Source: a virus | Taxonomy: Duplodnaviria > Heunggongvirae > Uroviricota > Caudoviricetes | DNA: 36,716 bases | Direction: 5' to 3' (one strand) | Virus record (IMG/VR): IMGVR_UViG_3300009008_000004 | Location: 146,004-182,719 of that record | Part shown: piece after piece, positions 1 to 8,549 of the stretch | Position numbering within the stretch: position 1 is the first letter of the stretch | How the letters are laid out: every line of letters starts with the position of its first letter | Translations under genes and position numbers: made by a program | The notes under the pieces: generated by a model | What the model saw: only the letters and a program-made list of their open reading frames with translations | Database searches by the model: none | Told to the model about the DNA's origin: nothing

Positions 1-173
1 TTAGCATCAATCGCAGCCTCAAAGCCCGTCAGAGTATCCTCGAAGGGCGCAAAGACTTCGGCCTCCTTCAGCTCCTGTAACCAAGTCGACAACGTCTCAA
101 CCTTTTGCCTTTCGGTTGTTACGTGCTCCTGGAGAAGTTGCTGGAGCTGTAAAACTTTGTCTTTGAGACTCAT
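1..173 (-). CDS. hypothetical coiled-coil protein, 3'-partial (MSLKDKVLQLQQLLQEH...)
   Basis: ATG at 173 with a G-rich RBS; frame is open to the window edge; overlaps the tail of the sigma ORF. Confidence 0.5.
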   Translation of the reverse strand, partial: MSLKDKVLQLQQLLQEHVTTERQKVETLSTWLQELKEAEVFAPFEDTLTGFEAAIDA

Positions 174-996
174 ATGTACCCCCGGGTGCTACCCCGTCCA
201 TGTATGTTTTGAGTTTCTTCGCAATGCTCATCCGAATGCGATAAACCTTATGTTGCGGCAACTTTAGCTTGGTGGACAGAGTCTGTACATCGGTAATCCG
301 CTCCCGACCAAGACCGGAAAGGTAGCGGTAGACATCTTGCTCCTCCCCCTTCAGTTCGTACAAGAAGAGTTTGAGCAGCTCCTTCTCTCCCGCCGGCATC
401 ACTGCCGTAGGATCGCTCTCGAACTTCGAAGTAGACAGATCCTTGCGGAGCTGGGTATCCATTTTGATTACCTTGGCTACCGGCCACTTCAACCGCTTAG
501 CTAACTCTTCGTCCGTAGGCATCCGATCCATCTCTTCCGCCAATTCCGCCCGGGCCACCTCGAAGGTTCTAATAAGGCGGATATCCTCCTCCGGGATACG
601 AGCAGTATTCTGGTAGGTCATAATGAACCGTTGGGCCTTCTTCATGTACCACACCAGGGCGGTGCTAAGGGCAGCACCCCGGCCGGGATCATAGGCCTTG
701 AGACCCGCGATCAGCTGCTTGGTGAACTCCGCTCGGATAGCCTCGGGGGGCATTTGTACCCGACCAGTGTAGACCGATGCCTGCTTATTTACCAAAGGCA
801 TAAAACTCCGAACCAGCGGCTTCAAGTCCTTCGGGCGTTCCCCGCCCAACTTCCACTTCCACCACATCTGCAGTTCCTTCGACCGTCGCTTATCGGTGTC
901 CTCACCCTTACGGGTATGGGCCTTTACGATGGTGGGGGTCCCTCCCGCAGTTCTGCGGATATGAGCTCTTACTTTTTCAGTTGCCATATAAGTCAT
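97..996 (-). CDS. phage sigma70-family (FliA/WhiG-like) sigma factor
   Basis: Region 2-like YDPGRGAALSTALVWYM, region 3 RIPE...LAEEMDRMPTDEELAKRL and a C-terminal HTH-like region 4; extra basic N-terminal VRAHIR...IVKAHTRK motif. Confidence 0.8.
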   Translation of the reverse strand: MTYMATEKVRAHIRRTAGGTPTIVKAHTRKGEDTDKRRSKELQMWWKWKLGGERPKDLKPLVRSFMPLVNKQASVYTGRVQMPPEAIRAEFTKQLIAGLKAYDPGRGAALSTALVWYMKKAQRFIMTYQNTARIPEEDIRLIRTFEVARAELAEEMDRMPTDEELAKRLKWPVAKVIKMDTQLRKDLSTSKFESDPTAVMPAGEKELLKLFLYELKGEEQDVYRYLSGLGRERITDVQTLSTKLKLPQHKVYRIRMSIAKKLKTYMDGVAPGGTYESQRQSFTAPATSPGARNNRKAKG

Positions 997-1873
997 TCCT
1001 ATTGGCTGCAGGTTTGCTGGAGAAGGTAGGGGTTTGTCCCTTAGGTGTCATCTTCTGTAGACACTTGGTTGTCTTAGGGAACTTGACCGGAAGAATCGCA
1101 GAGGTCTTCTCTTTAGCAGCCTCCCATTTCTGCTTCATCTCACGAAACCGCTGGTTGCCGCGTTGGACTGCAGGAGTCTTATAGTGTTTAGCAGTCTGTT
1201 TACGAGCATACTGGCTCTGTTCCTTCGGCGTCATCCCCTTAGTTTCCGCCAAAAAGTTCTTCCACTCCTTCTGCTTTTCAGGGAGAAATTTCTTATAGAG
1301 CTCCCGCCGTTTGTTGCGAAGCTTTTTACGCAGAAGAAATCTACGGATAAATCGGTAGCGGGGGGTCTTACGCAGGGCAGTAGCATCTTCGGCAGTTAGA
1401 TTTGTGGCATGGCCCATTGCAGCTCTTGCCGGCGAACCATAGGCGCTCGCTACTTTCTCCATTGTCGTGTACCCCCGTTCTGTCTTCGGGCCCGTAAAAC
1501 CAAGCTTCTTGCCCAGATGTAGGCTTGGCTCATTCACCTCGAGTGCCGCCCACTTCCATTTCTTTATCTCAGGATGCTTCCTCAATAACTCTCGCGATGC
1601 CCACTCAGCAAGCCCGAGCTTCCGATACTTTGGGAGCACCCCAACCCCCAGGTAGGCGGTTGTCTTATCCTTCCCCCTCAAATAGGGATACGTGAGTTCT
1701 ACAAACCCCGCCCAATTATCTCGTTGGTATATTCCGTAACCTATACGCGCACCCGCGGGTGGAGGCTTTAGCTTCCCATGGCCAGGGTAATTACCCGACT
1801 CGATCTTGAGCTTAGACGCAAGCTCCTTCTTGTAAGGTCCTAAGGTGAACCGCATTATGACCTCCAAAGGCAC
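977..1873 (-). CDS. GNAT N-acetyltransferase domain fused to a basic C-terminal region
   Basis: GNAT motif A GVLPKYRKLGLA and motif B NEPSLHLGKKLGF, followed by EKVA and a Lys/Arg-rich tail. Confidence 0.7.
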   Translation of the reverse strand: MPLEVIMRFTLGPYKKELASKLKIESGNYPGHGKLKPPPAGARIGYGIYQRDNWAGFVELTYPYLRGKDKTTAYLGVGVLPKYRKLGLAEWASRELLRKHPEIKKWKWAALEVNEPSLHLGKKLGFTGPKTERGYTTMEKVASAYGSPARAAMGHATNLTAEDATALRKTPRYRFIRRFLLRKKLRNKRRELYKKFLPEKQKEWKNFLAETKGMTPKEQSQYARKQTAKHYKTPAVQRGNQRFREMKQKWEAAKEKTSAILPVKFPKTTKCLQKMTPKGQTPTFSSKPAANRNDLYGN

Positions 1874-1934
1874 GGCCCCTATTATGCAAAAGATTTGGGG
1901 TTAGTGTCTACCTGTAAAAACAGAAGAATGCGTG

Positions 1935-1942
1935 GGTATAAG
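1935..1942 (+). promoter_or_regulatory. GGTATAAG phage promoter motif (-10-like)
   Basis: The same motif recurs upstream of most plus-strand units. Confidence 0.65.
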
Positions 1943-1957
1943 AATAGCAGAGTCCAA

Positions 1958-2071
1958 GGCAGTACCTCAAAGCGAACCCGCTGCCTGGATTGGTGTGTGG
2001 AGCTACACTGCCGATTTCACGATCGGAAAGGCCCGCCAATTCAGGAACGCAGGTTTGTGGAGAGTGCTGTC
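1958..2071 (+). ncRNA. long rod-like structured 5' leader or small RNA
   Basis: GGCAGTAC/GTGCTGTC, GAACC/GGTTT and CCTGGATTGGTG/CGCCAATTCAGG nested pairings capped by two small hairpins; lies between the promoter and the RBS. Confidence 0.5.
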
Positions 2072-2093
2072 CCCAATAACCAGGAGAAACCTT

Positions 2094-2549
2094 ATGGAAA
2101 TTGCAAAACAGATCCAGACTACCGTCGCAGAATCTCGTAACACCCTCGGCGAATGGCTTGAGAAGCTGCCGAAGTGCGCCCCCATCGCAGCCTTGTACAT
2201 GCGCCTCACCAGCGCAGTGCTTACCGCCATGGCCCAGCTGTATTGGGACGTGGCCAAGGACCCCAAGGCACTCGTGGAAGCCGCAGCCAAGGTGCTCGAG
2301 GTTCCCATTGGGATCCTCGAGGACTTGAAACCTGTCACATGGCAGGAAACCGAGGCTGCCATCGGGAAGGTCGTCGAGTACTTCAGTGACATGGACCGGC
2401 CCTACATCGCCGCATTCATGAAGTACGTAGCAACCTCCGAGTCGCTCGCGGAGCAGTACGAGGCGGAGATAGAAACGGCAATGAAACGGGCAGGGTTCGA
2501 GGTGGTTGAGGACGAGGACACGGACGGGGAAGAGGACGAGGAGGAGTAG
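2094..2549 (+). CDS. hypothetical protein with acidic C-terminal tail
   Basis: AGGAG RBS before ATG 2094 (preferred over the 1932 start); followed by a terminator. Confidence 0.75.
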   Translation: MEIAKQIQTTVAESRNTLGEWLEKLPKCAPIAALYMRLTSAVLTAMAQLYWDVAKDPKALVEAAAKVLEVPIGILEDLKPVTWQETEAAIGKVVEYFSDMDRPYIAAFMKYVATSESLAEQYEAEIETAMKRAGFEVVEDEDTDGEEDEEE

Positions 2550-2575
2550 CAGTACAGGGAGCTCGTTAGGGCTCC

Positions 2576-2599
2576 GGGGGTGCGCAAGCGCCCCCTTTT
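2576..2599 (+). terminator. intrinsic terminator
   Basis: GGGGGTGC-GCAA-GCGCCCCC followed by TTTT, between convergent genes. Confidence 0.75.
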
Positions 2600-2601
2600 A
2601 C

Positions 2602-3222
2602 CTACTTCTTCTTGTAAGCCTTAATGTACTTTTTGTACGCCGCCGGGGTTGCCTTAGAAGAAAGCCCATGCCAGCGCATATCGATGCCCTTGCCACGCAG
2701 GAATTTCATATCAGACCGCGCTTGGGACACATCACCGCCAACAGAACCCCCAAGAAGACCACCCAACATAGCCGCAACAGCTGCGTGGGAACCTCTTGCA
2801 GGACCACGCTTCAGCAAACCATAAGCACCTGCACCAAGCAGCGCACCTGGAGGAGCCCCAATGAGGAATCCTTTACCGTGGGCCCTCAGCCTGCGCTTAA
2901 CCCCTCCCTTACTCACCACCAGCTTTTTTACCCCCTTATCGCCAGAACGGAGTACTCTAGTAGTAGCCAAAAAAGTATCTTTAAAGCCAAGGGGAACTTG
3001 CCTTCCCTTCTTCTTAGCCTTCGCGATCTTTTCCATCGCCTCCGCAAAAAACACTTCAAACTGCGCACAAGGTTCCATAATACCCCTCCCAGCAAGTTTC
3101 TTCTTCTCGGGCAAAGTTTTGATGCTTTGGTGGTTATCTTTCATCTCCCTCGCCCACTTGCGCGCAAGGCGAGGTTTGGTTGCGAACATAAAACGTTGTT
3201 GGGCTTTTGATTGGAATGGCAT
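2602..3222 (-). CDS. basic phage protein (MPFQSKAQQRFMFA... N-terminus, EKIA motif, glycine-zipper-like segment)
   Basis: GGGAG RBS; N-terminal motif recalled from large-phage proteins; FFAEAMEKIA. Confidence 0.7.
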   Translation of the reverse strand: MPFQSKAQQRFMFATKPRLARKWAREMKDNHQSIKTLPEKKKLAGRGIMEPCAQFEVFFAEAMEKIAKAKKKGRQVPLGFKDTFLATTRVLRSGDKGVKKLVVSKGGVKRRLRAHGKGFLIGAPPGALLGAGAYGLLKRGPARGSHAAVAAMLGGLLGGSVGGDVSQARSDMKFLRGKGIDMRWHGLSSKATPAAYKKYIKAYKKK

Positions 3223-3306
3223 AATTACTCCCCAAGGCCAAGCTGCCTACGTAGGCGCAGCACACCTGCTATTTTCAAGAAGAAAAATCCATGCGTAACT
3301 ACCCCC

Positions 3307-4320
3307 CTATGCGGCATACTCGTACCTATACTTACCAGTTTTAGGGTCTCGCCAGCGACGCTTATACTTGGGGGATGTCTTATAAGTAGCCTTCTTCTTC
3401 TGGGCAGCCCTTCTTCGCTTAGCCGCCTGCTTCTTCTCCCGCGCCTCCAACCAATGTGCAAGCCCTAGCAGCCCCACGTACGCCCCAAGAGCTCCCCCGT
3501 ATAGCGCGAGGCGAGTACCAGCCCCTGTAGACGTCCGGTAATACCGGGGAGTGGTATATGAGCTGCGTTGGTAGGCGCGGTACCGAGCGTCCCGGGCACG
3601 TTTATAGGCTTCTTTATTACGAGCAGCGGCATCCTCAGCCCACTTCCGTTGTCTCGCTTTCCAGGCAGCATCCTCTCGCGCCCACTTCTTCCGCAAATCT
3701 TCCCACTCAGTCCTCCAATCCCCACCTTGACGAGCACCAGACCAACCACCACCAGCGCGGCTACCGCCAGCGCGGCTACCGCCAGCGCGGCTACCGCCAG
3801 CGCGGCTACCACCAGCTTGGCTACCGCCACCAGCGCGGCTACCGCCAGCGCGACTACCGCCACCAGCTTGGCTGCCGCCAGCGCGACTACCGCCAGACCA
3901 ACCACCAGACCAGCCACCACCAGCGCCACCTCTGCTTGAACGATGTGAAGACCTTTGCCCCCCACCACCAAAACCACCAAAGCCCTTACCAACTGCATTA
4001 AAAGCTTCAGCAGAGGTCGGCCGAGTCTTCCGTTTCCCACTCAGGAATTTCCTATACTCATCCATCTCCCAACGGGTCTGGTCTGCTCGTGTACGACCGT
4101 TCTTGAATTGTTCGCGGGCCTGAGATTTCAGGGTACGCTCAATGCGCCTCCGAGCAGCATCCCCCTTCCCCTGCTTCTTAAGCTCATTCTCCAGCTCAAC
4201 CAGCTGCTCACCAACAGTTTGCGCATCATGCAGTGCAGCAGTTTTAACAAGCTGCCCAAGAACACGGCCTATCGCCTCACTAAAAGCGATATCAAAGACA
4301 GGGGGTTGTGGGCGGGACAT
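3307..4320 (-). CDS. Gly/Ser/Arg-rich low-complexity protein with one hydrophobic helix
   Basis: GGAGGAG RBS; GGSRA repeats; LALYGGALGAYVGLLGLA helix; LVKTAA motif. Confidence 0.75.
   Translation of the reverse strand: MSRPQPPVFDIAFSEAIGRVLGQLVKTAALHDAQTVGEQLVELENELKKQGKGDAARRRIERTLKSQAREQFKNGRTRADQTRWEMDEYRKFLSGKRKTRPTSAEAFNAVGKGFGGFGGGGQRSSHRSSRGGAGGGWSGGWSGGSRAGGSQAGGGSRAGGSRAGGGSQAGGSRAGGSRAGGSRAGGSRAGGGWSGARQGGDWRTEWEDLRKKWAREDAAWKARQRKWAEDAAARNKEAYKRARDARYRAYQRSSYTTPRYYRTSTGAGTRLALYGGALGAYVGLLGLAHWLEAREKKQAAKRRRAAQKKKATYKTSPKYKRRWRDPKTGKYRYEYAA
3751..3930. repeat. 15-nt tandem repeat (GCCAGCGCGGCTACC) encoding GGSRA
   Basis: Four near-perfect units at 3751-3810, then degenerate units. 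Confidence 0.9.
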
Positions 4321-4389
4321 ATTGCTCCTCCGGACATAACTCGCAAACAGAATATCACAGCGGTATATTTACAAGCAACACCTGCAAAG

Positions 4390-6213
4390 CTACTTCAAAC
4401 TCTTCTCTACATGAATACCAAGGAAGCTGGGTTTTTCGAGGGCCCCCGACCTGTATTTACCTAACGCAGCTACCCGGGCCACCCGCCCAAGGTAGTCTTC
4501 TTTGTTCTGCCACATGTCTTTCCGCTGCGTGTCCGTGAGCCCAGTACCGACGTTACCAACCACAGGCCCACGCGCGGTCCAAGAGTAACCAAAGCTACCA
4601 GCCGCTTTGTCACGTAGGCGACCGGTGCCGGGATGAATTTGTCGGATAAAGACATCATGCTCTTTCTTCACCTTAGCCTTTATCGGCTTCTTCTCCCATA
4701 GTATCACACCCTCTGACGTAAGGGGATGCTTCTTGGAAGCGATTGCCTTTATCAGCTTCTTTTTCTCTTCTCGGGTCACCGCGATCGGAGCAAGCCTGAA
4801 GACCGGATGCTTGTCCGCAAACTTCCGGAGAAGTGCTTGGCGCTCTTTTACAGGGAGATCGGAGACGTCCTTCCCGTTTAGCTTCTCTACGTCAAAGAGA
4901 AAAGTAGTGAGGGACTCCCCTGAAGTATTCTGCATTTCCCGGCTATTTAGTACGGTTGCGTTTAGCAAGGCTGTGGTACGTGCCGGCGGTAGGGGCTTCC
5001 CGAAAAAGTCGGTAGCAACTACTTCTGCCCGAAGGATTGTATCCCCTTGCCCACCCCGAACGTCATACATCCCGGGTATCTTGTGCGTGTACTCGAGCGT
5101 ATCCCCTACCTTCGATATCCGGTGGGAGTACGCGCGTGCCCGCTTCCCAGCACGCAACAGTATCCTGGTAAAAGCCCCATCGAGTTTCGCAGCTACAATG
5201 GCATCCGGATATTTATCTAAAAGGGATATTCCGTACTCTGCCTCCTTGTAAGATTCCTTACCTCGCGGAATGGTATCCTTAGGGGTAGACATATTGTGGA
5301 TGATCCAACTCTTATCCTTGATACGGACGAGGGCGTAATCCTCAGTCGACCGGCCCCGCATAACTGAGAAGACAACTTTAGAAGGGCCCGCGGAATGGAC
5401 GTAGGCTTTTGACCGAGTATGCAACTTCACAGTACCTGCGCCATACCCGCGGAGAGTGCCCTCAAAGTGCATGTAGTCTGCTTTATGCGTGAACGTTTGA
5501 GCGGCGTACGAAGTTTCCCCGGGAGCAGGGAGCTTCCGAATTGCCCAGCTGTGGGCATCTCCAGTTTGGTCGCCTAAGCGCAAATCAAAGTGGAGGCCGG
5601 CACGCTTTGCCTTATGTTCCTGAATGGCAAAATCCCATATCTTGTCCTTGGCCTGAGGGATAGATTTGAAACGTGTACTATGGGGCCCCTCCTCTATACC
5701 GAGAAACCTCTCAAGCTTCTTGATATCCTCCTGGTCCTTCTCCCGATTCATAGCCTGCTTCCACCGCAACGCCTTCTTCGGGGACCAGAACGACCATCCT
5801 TTCTTGGTTATCGTGTCCTTCAGGCCCGAGAAATCTGCATCCCCTACGGTCCAAGGACCGGTGAAAGCCTCAATCTCTCCGGCGGGTGTATCAAACTCAA
5901 TGGCAGGAGTACCGCTCTTAGCCACTTTATGTTGTGCCTCGGGGTGGGCTGCAAGACGCTCGTACGCTGAAGGGGTTAGCCAGACATCGAGGTCCCCGAC
6001 TACCTTTAGATCATAAGCTCCAAGAACCCCGCCGGCCCCGATTACAGCTTTATCGGGGGAGACGCCAGAGTCCTCAAGGAGACGCGCAAGCTGCTCAGTC
6101 AGCCCAGACAACTTCTTTGCGGGAGACACCTTCCGTTCATGCGCACGCACAATTGTGGGTTTGCCTGCACGAGTACGTAAATGCGCCTTTACCTTTGTCC
6201 GCTTTTTAGCCAT
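4390..6213 (-). CDS. LigD-like fusion: nucleotidyltransferase-like domain, 3'-phosphoesterase and ATP-dependent DNA ligase
   Basis: GAGGVLGAY..GDLDV and REKD (NTase fold); QEHKA..HFDLRL..SWA (LigD PE domain); KLDG, EGVIL and OB-fold NVGTG (ligase). Confidence 0.85.
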   Translation of the reverse strand: MAKKRTKVKAHLRTRAGKPTIVRAHERKVSPAKKLSGLTEQLARLLEDSGVSPDKAVIGAGGVLGAYDLKVVGDLDVWLTPSAYERLAAHPEAQHKVAKSGTPAIEFDTPAGEIEAFTGPWTVGDADFSGLKDTITKKGWSFWSPKKALRWKQAMNREKDQEDIKKLERFLGIEEGPHSTRFKSIPQAKDKIWDFAIQEHKAKRAGLHFDLRLGDQTGDAHSWAIRKLPAPGETSYAAQTFTHKADYMHFEGTLRGYGAGTVKLHTRSKAYVHSAGPSKVVFSVMRGRSTEDYALVRIKDKSWIIHNMSTPKDTIPRGKESYKEAEYGISLLDKYPDAIVAAKLDGAFTRILLRAGKRARAYSHRISKVGDTLEYTHKIPGMYDVRGGQGDTILRAEVVATDFFGKPLPPARTTALLNATVLNSREMQNTSGESLTTFLFDVEKLNGKDVSDLPVKERQALLRKFADKHPVFRLAPIAVTREEKKKLIKAIASKKHPLTSEGVILWEKKPIKAKVKKEHDVFIRQIHPGTGRLRDKAAGSFGYSWTARGPVVGNVGTGLTDTQRKDMWQNKEDYLGRVARVAALGKYRSGALEKPSFLGIHVEKSLK

Positions 6214-6503
6214 TACACCTGGTCTACGCCGGTTACGGTAGGAAAAGGAACTTTAGGTGGGTTTACACCTTTCAACGAGGGCTTAGTTATCCTCGCCTCT
6301 TTCTGCTCTACAGCTTTTGGAGGCTTGGGGGCAGAGACCCGAATCTGACCGGCCATGCCAACATCGTCCTGCGCTCGCTTAATCATCGCGAGCTTCTTAC
6401 GCGTCCGCGGCATGTTTGTGCCGGTCCTCCCGGAGAACCTGCGGACTTCTTCTTGAAGAGAGGCCTTCAGAGGAACAAAGCCTTCAGAGAAATTTGCTTT
6501 CAT
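6213..6503 (-). CDS. small basic hypothetical protein
   Basis: GGAGGT RBS before ATG 6503; TAATG overlap with the ligase start. Confidence 0.65.
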   Translation of the reverse strand: MKANFSEGFVPLKASLQEEVRRFSGRTGTNMPRTRKKLAMIKRAQDDVGMAGQIRVSAPKPPKAVEQKEARITKPSLKGVNPPKVPFPTVTGVDQV

Positions 6504-6559
6504 AGAAACACCTCCGGCCAGAGTATACATCGGGGGCATCCCAATGAAAAGGCAGAGAA

Positions 6560-6574
6560 TATCTCAAGTAGATA
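6560..6574. promoter_or_regulatory. palindromic operator-like site TATCTC-N3-TAGATA
   Basis: Member of a recurring 15-bp palindrome family; in a divergent intergenic region, 16 nt upstream of GTTATAAG. Confidence 0.6.
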
Positions 6575-6629
6575 TTTTAGACTGATTCCTGTTATAAGTA
6601 GTGCAGGAACCCGCAAAGAGGAGTACCGT

Positions 6630-6950
6630 ATGGACGGTGGACTAGAACTGGGATTGCAATTGGTTGAACAAGAACTCGACTTTACCAAAGCCGTAGCGCA
6701 GGACCGCGCTGCAAAACTCTACATGGCAGCCATGAAGCTCGCCTGTGGGGAGAAAGGGGATAGTGACATACTGCTTCGCGTCCTCGCCAAAGACCTGCTG
6801 GTGATGCAGGACTCCTTCAAGGAGGTAAACACCACCGCTCTCGCTAACCTCGAACAAAAGACATTCCAGAACCATCTCATTGAGCTCGGAGTTTCCGGGA
6901 CAGAGCTCGCCGATGCGATCCACCACTTCGGCGAAATCCTACAGTGCTAA
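6630..6950 (+). CDS. hypothetical protein
   Basis: GAGGAG RBS before ATG 6630; GTTATAAG promoter at 6591. Confidence 0.7.
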   Translation: MDGGLELGLQLVEQELDFTKAVAQDRAAKLYMAAMKLACGEKGDSDILLRVLAKDLLVMQDSFKEVNTTALANLEQKTFQNHLIELGVSGTELADAIHHFGEILQC

Positions 6951-6965
6951 GGAGGACGCGCACGA

Positions 6966-7547
6966 ATGAGTGACGAACAAGAGAAGGAATTTACCGAGGA
7001 AGAAACGCAGCTGTTGATGGCCGGGGCTACTATTATCAGCCTCCTCCGCGAAACTACGGGGGCGGATGTTGATGAGTGTTGTACTCTGCTACACACAGCA
7101 CTGGGAAAGCCGAAGCCTGCGGCCAGGGCAAAGGCACTCGTTACCAAAGCAATGAATGCCTGCAAGGACGAGGTTGCCAACATCACAATCGATTTCTCGA
7201 ACATCCCGAAAGAGCTGAAGACCGATGCAGAGAAGCTGGAGTTCCTTCTCCACAAACTCCTGGAGGCTTTGCGGGAAAAGCAGGGACAGCTTGGCGAAGA
7301 AGGTTGTGGCTGCTCAACATGTGTAGCCCGCGAAAAGCTGCTTGCGAAGTTTGCGAAGTGGGAGGAGGACGGAGTACCTCTCATCGACCATCGTGACGAG
7401 ATCCTCCAGGACCTCGTCGACTCCGGAGTCCGCTCCAAGGCATTGGAGCTGCTCGGCAACCTTGGCGTCCTGCAAAAGCCAGGGGCCCCGGCGCAGGCCG
7501 AAGGGGAGGGAGTAATCCCGTTCCCAAAGGGTAGAGTCCTGCACTAG
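6966..7547 (+). CDS. hypothetical protein (CxCxxC)
   Basis: AAGGAGG RBS; followed by a terminator. Confidence 0.75.
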   Translation: MSDEQEKEFTEEETQLLMAGATIISLLRETTGADVDECCTLLHTALGKPKPAARAKALVTKAMNACKDEVANITIDFSNIPKELKTDAEKLEFLLHKLLEALREKQGQLGEEGCGCSTCVAREKLLAKFAKWEEDGVPLIDHRDEILQDLVDSGVRSKALELLGNLGVLQKPGAPAQAEGEGVIPFPKGRVLH

Positions 7548-7561
7548 AGATGCGGGAGGGG

Positions 7562-7584
7562 AGCACGCTTCGGCGTGCTTCTTT
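7562..7584 (+). terminator. intrinsic terminator
   Basis: AGCACGC-TTCG-GCGTGCT followed by TCTTT. Confidence 0.7.
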
Positions 7585-7629
7585 ACCTCCCTATTTCTGG
7601 TATAAGAGAGGTAACCAAAGGAGGAACCT

Positions 7630-7713
7630 ATGACCAAAGTGTGCCCGATCACTAACAAGGAAGTTGAGTGCGATCGCGATTGCGATGAGTGCGCTCAGGA
7701 AGAAGCTGAGTAA
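7630..7713 (+). CDS. 27-aa four-cysteine microprotein MTKVCPITNKEVECDRDCDECAQEEAE
   Basis: GGTATAAG at 7599 and AAGGAGG RBS; absent from the ORF track. Confidence 0.6.
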   Translation: MTKVCPITNKEVECDRDCDECAQEEAE

Positions 7714-7763
7714 CCCTCACCCGCGGGCGTTCTGCCCGCAATCTTACCACAGGACAATAACCT

Positions 7764-8096
7764 ATGAGCGATACTACAGACCCCAGAGTGTATACCCCTG
7801 ACGAGGTTCGGGATGAGCTACTGGAACATATCTGCATAATGGTTGATTATTGGGACAAAGTCAGCCCCGACAAACGAGATGCGATGGAAGGCTTGGCCTT
7901 CTCTATCCTCTCTACATTAGATGGGTGTGGGCCGCTCCCCGCGTTTCTCGTTACCCCTATGGCGCATCCCGATGACAAGGCGTACCACCAGGAACAGGGG
8001 GAGAATTGGTACCCAGAAGACCAACCTGACCTGGGTATGCTTCACGAGTTTTTCCACAAGGCCATGAAGAAGTGGAGAGGCAAAAACGGAGGGTAA
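7764..8096 (+). CDS. hypothetical phage protein
   Basis: AGGA RBS; packed in an operon. Confidence 0.75.
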   Translation: MSDTTDPRVYTPDEVRDELLEHICIMVDYWDKVSPDKRDAMEGLAFSILSTLDGCGPLPAFLVTPMAHPDDKAYHQEQGENWYPEDQPDLGMLHEFFHKAMKKWRGKNGG

Positions 8097-8097
8097 T

Positions 8098-8310
8098 ATG
8101 GCAGACCGATATATCCATTGCCGCTCTTGTGGTGGGCCATGGTGGTTGAAGGTAGATACCAAGACTGGCCACTGCACGATGGAGTGTGCTGGTTGCGGCA
8201 AACCAGGCGGACCTTTCTTGAAGCTGAGTAAGGAGCCCGTCGTAAACCTCGAGTACGTTGGGGTTGGGTGCGAAGCTTGCGGAGAGGATTGCGAATGCAA
8301 AGAACACTGA
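8098..8310 (+). CDS. Cys-rich zinc-ribbon protein
   Basis: Three CxxC pairs; GGAGG RBS. Confidence 0.7.
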   Translation: MADRYIHCRSCGGPWWLKVDTKTGHCTMECAGCGKPGGPFLKLSKEPVVNLEYVGVGCEACGEDCECKEH

Positions 8311-8549
8311 TAACCGAAGGCATCCGCTTTCTCGTGTGGCAGATGCCCGCAGCAATCTTCCTCCTCATTGGTGCAGTTGTGTGGGATGGAGAATGGCGCG
8401 TCGAGACCATCATCTTAAGTTTGTTTGCGGCCAGCAGCTTCATCGAAGGATGCCACCGCTGGGCTAAAGGAGTTTATTATGGGATACAGTGTAGCAGTAC
8501 CGGTGAAGAGCAAGAAAGCGCGGAAGGAGATGATGGCTTTTCTTGCTGA
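8295..8549 (+). CDS. small membrane protein
   Basis: Two hydrophobic segments; GAGG RBS before ATG 8295. Confidence 0.55.
   Translation: MQRTLITEGIRFLVWQMPAAIFLLIGAVVWDGEWRVETIILSLFAASSFIEGCHRWAKGVYYGIQCSSTGEEQESAEGDDGFSC

Noticed and set aside
1717-1731. TATCTC-GTT-GGTATA palindrome-like site
   Set aside because: It lies inside the GNAT coding region with a degenerate right half and is likely chance.
1932-2093. N-terminal extension of the 1932..2549 ORF
   Set aside because: That start overlaps the promoter motif and lacks an RBS; the segment folds as RNA, and a good RBS precedes ATG 2094.
3751-3930. CRISPR array
   Set aside because: The repeats are tandem, in-frame coding units without spacers, and no cas genes are present.
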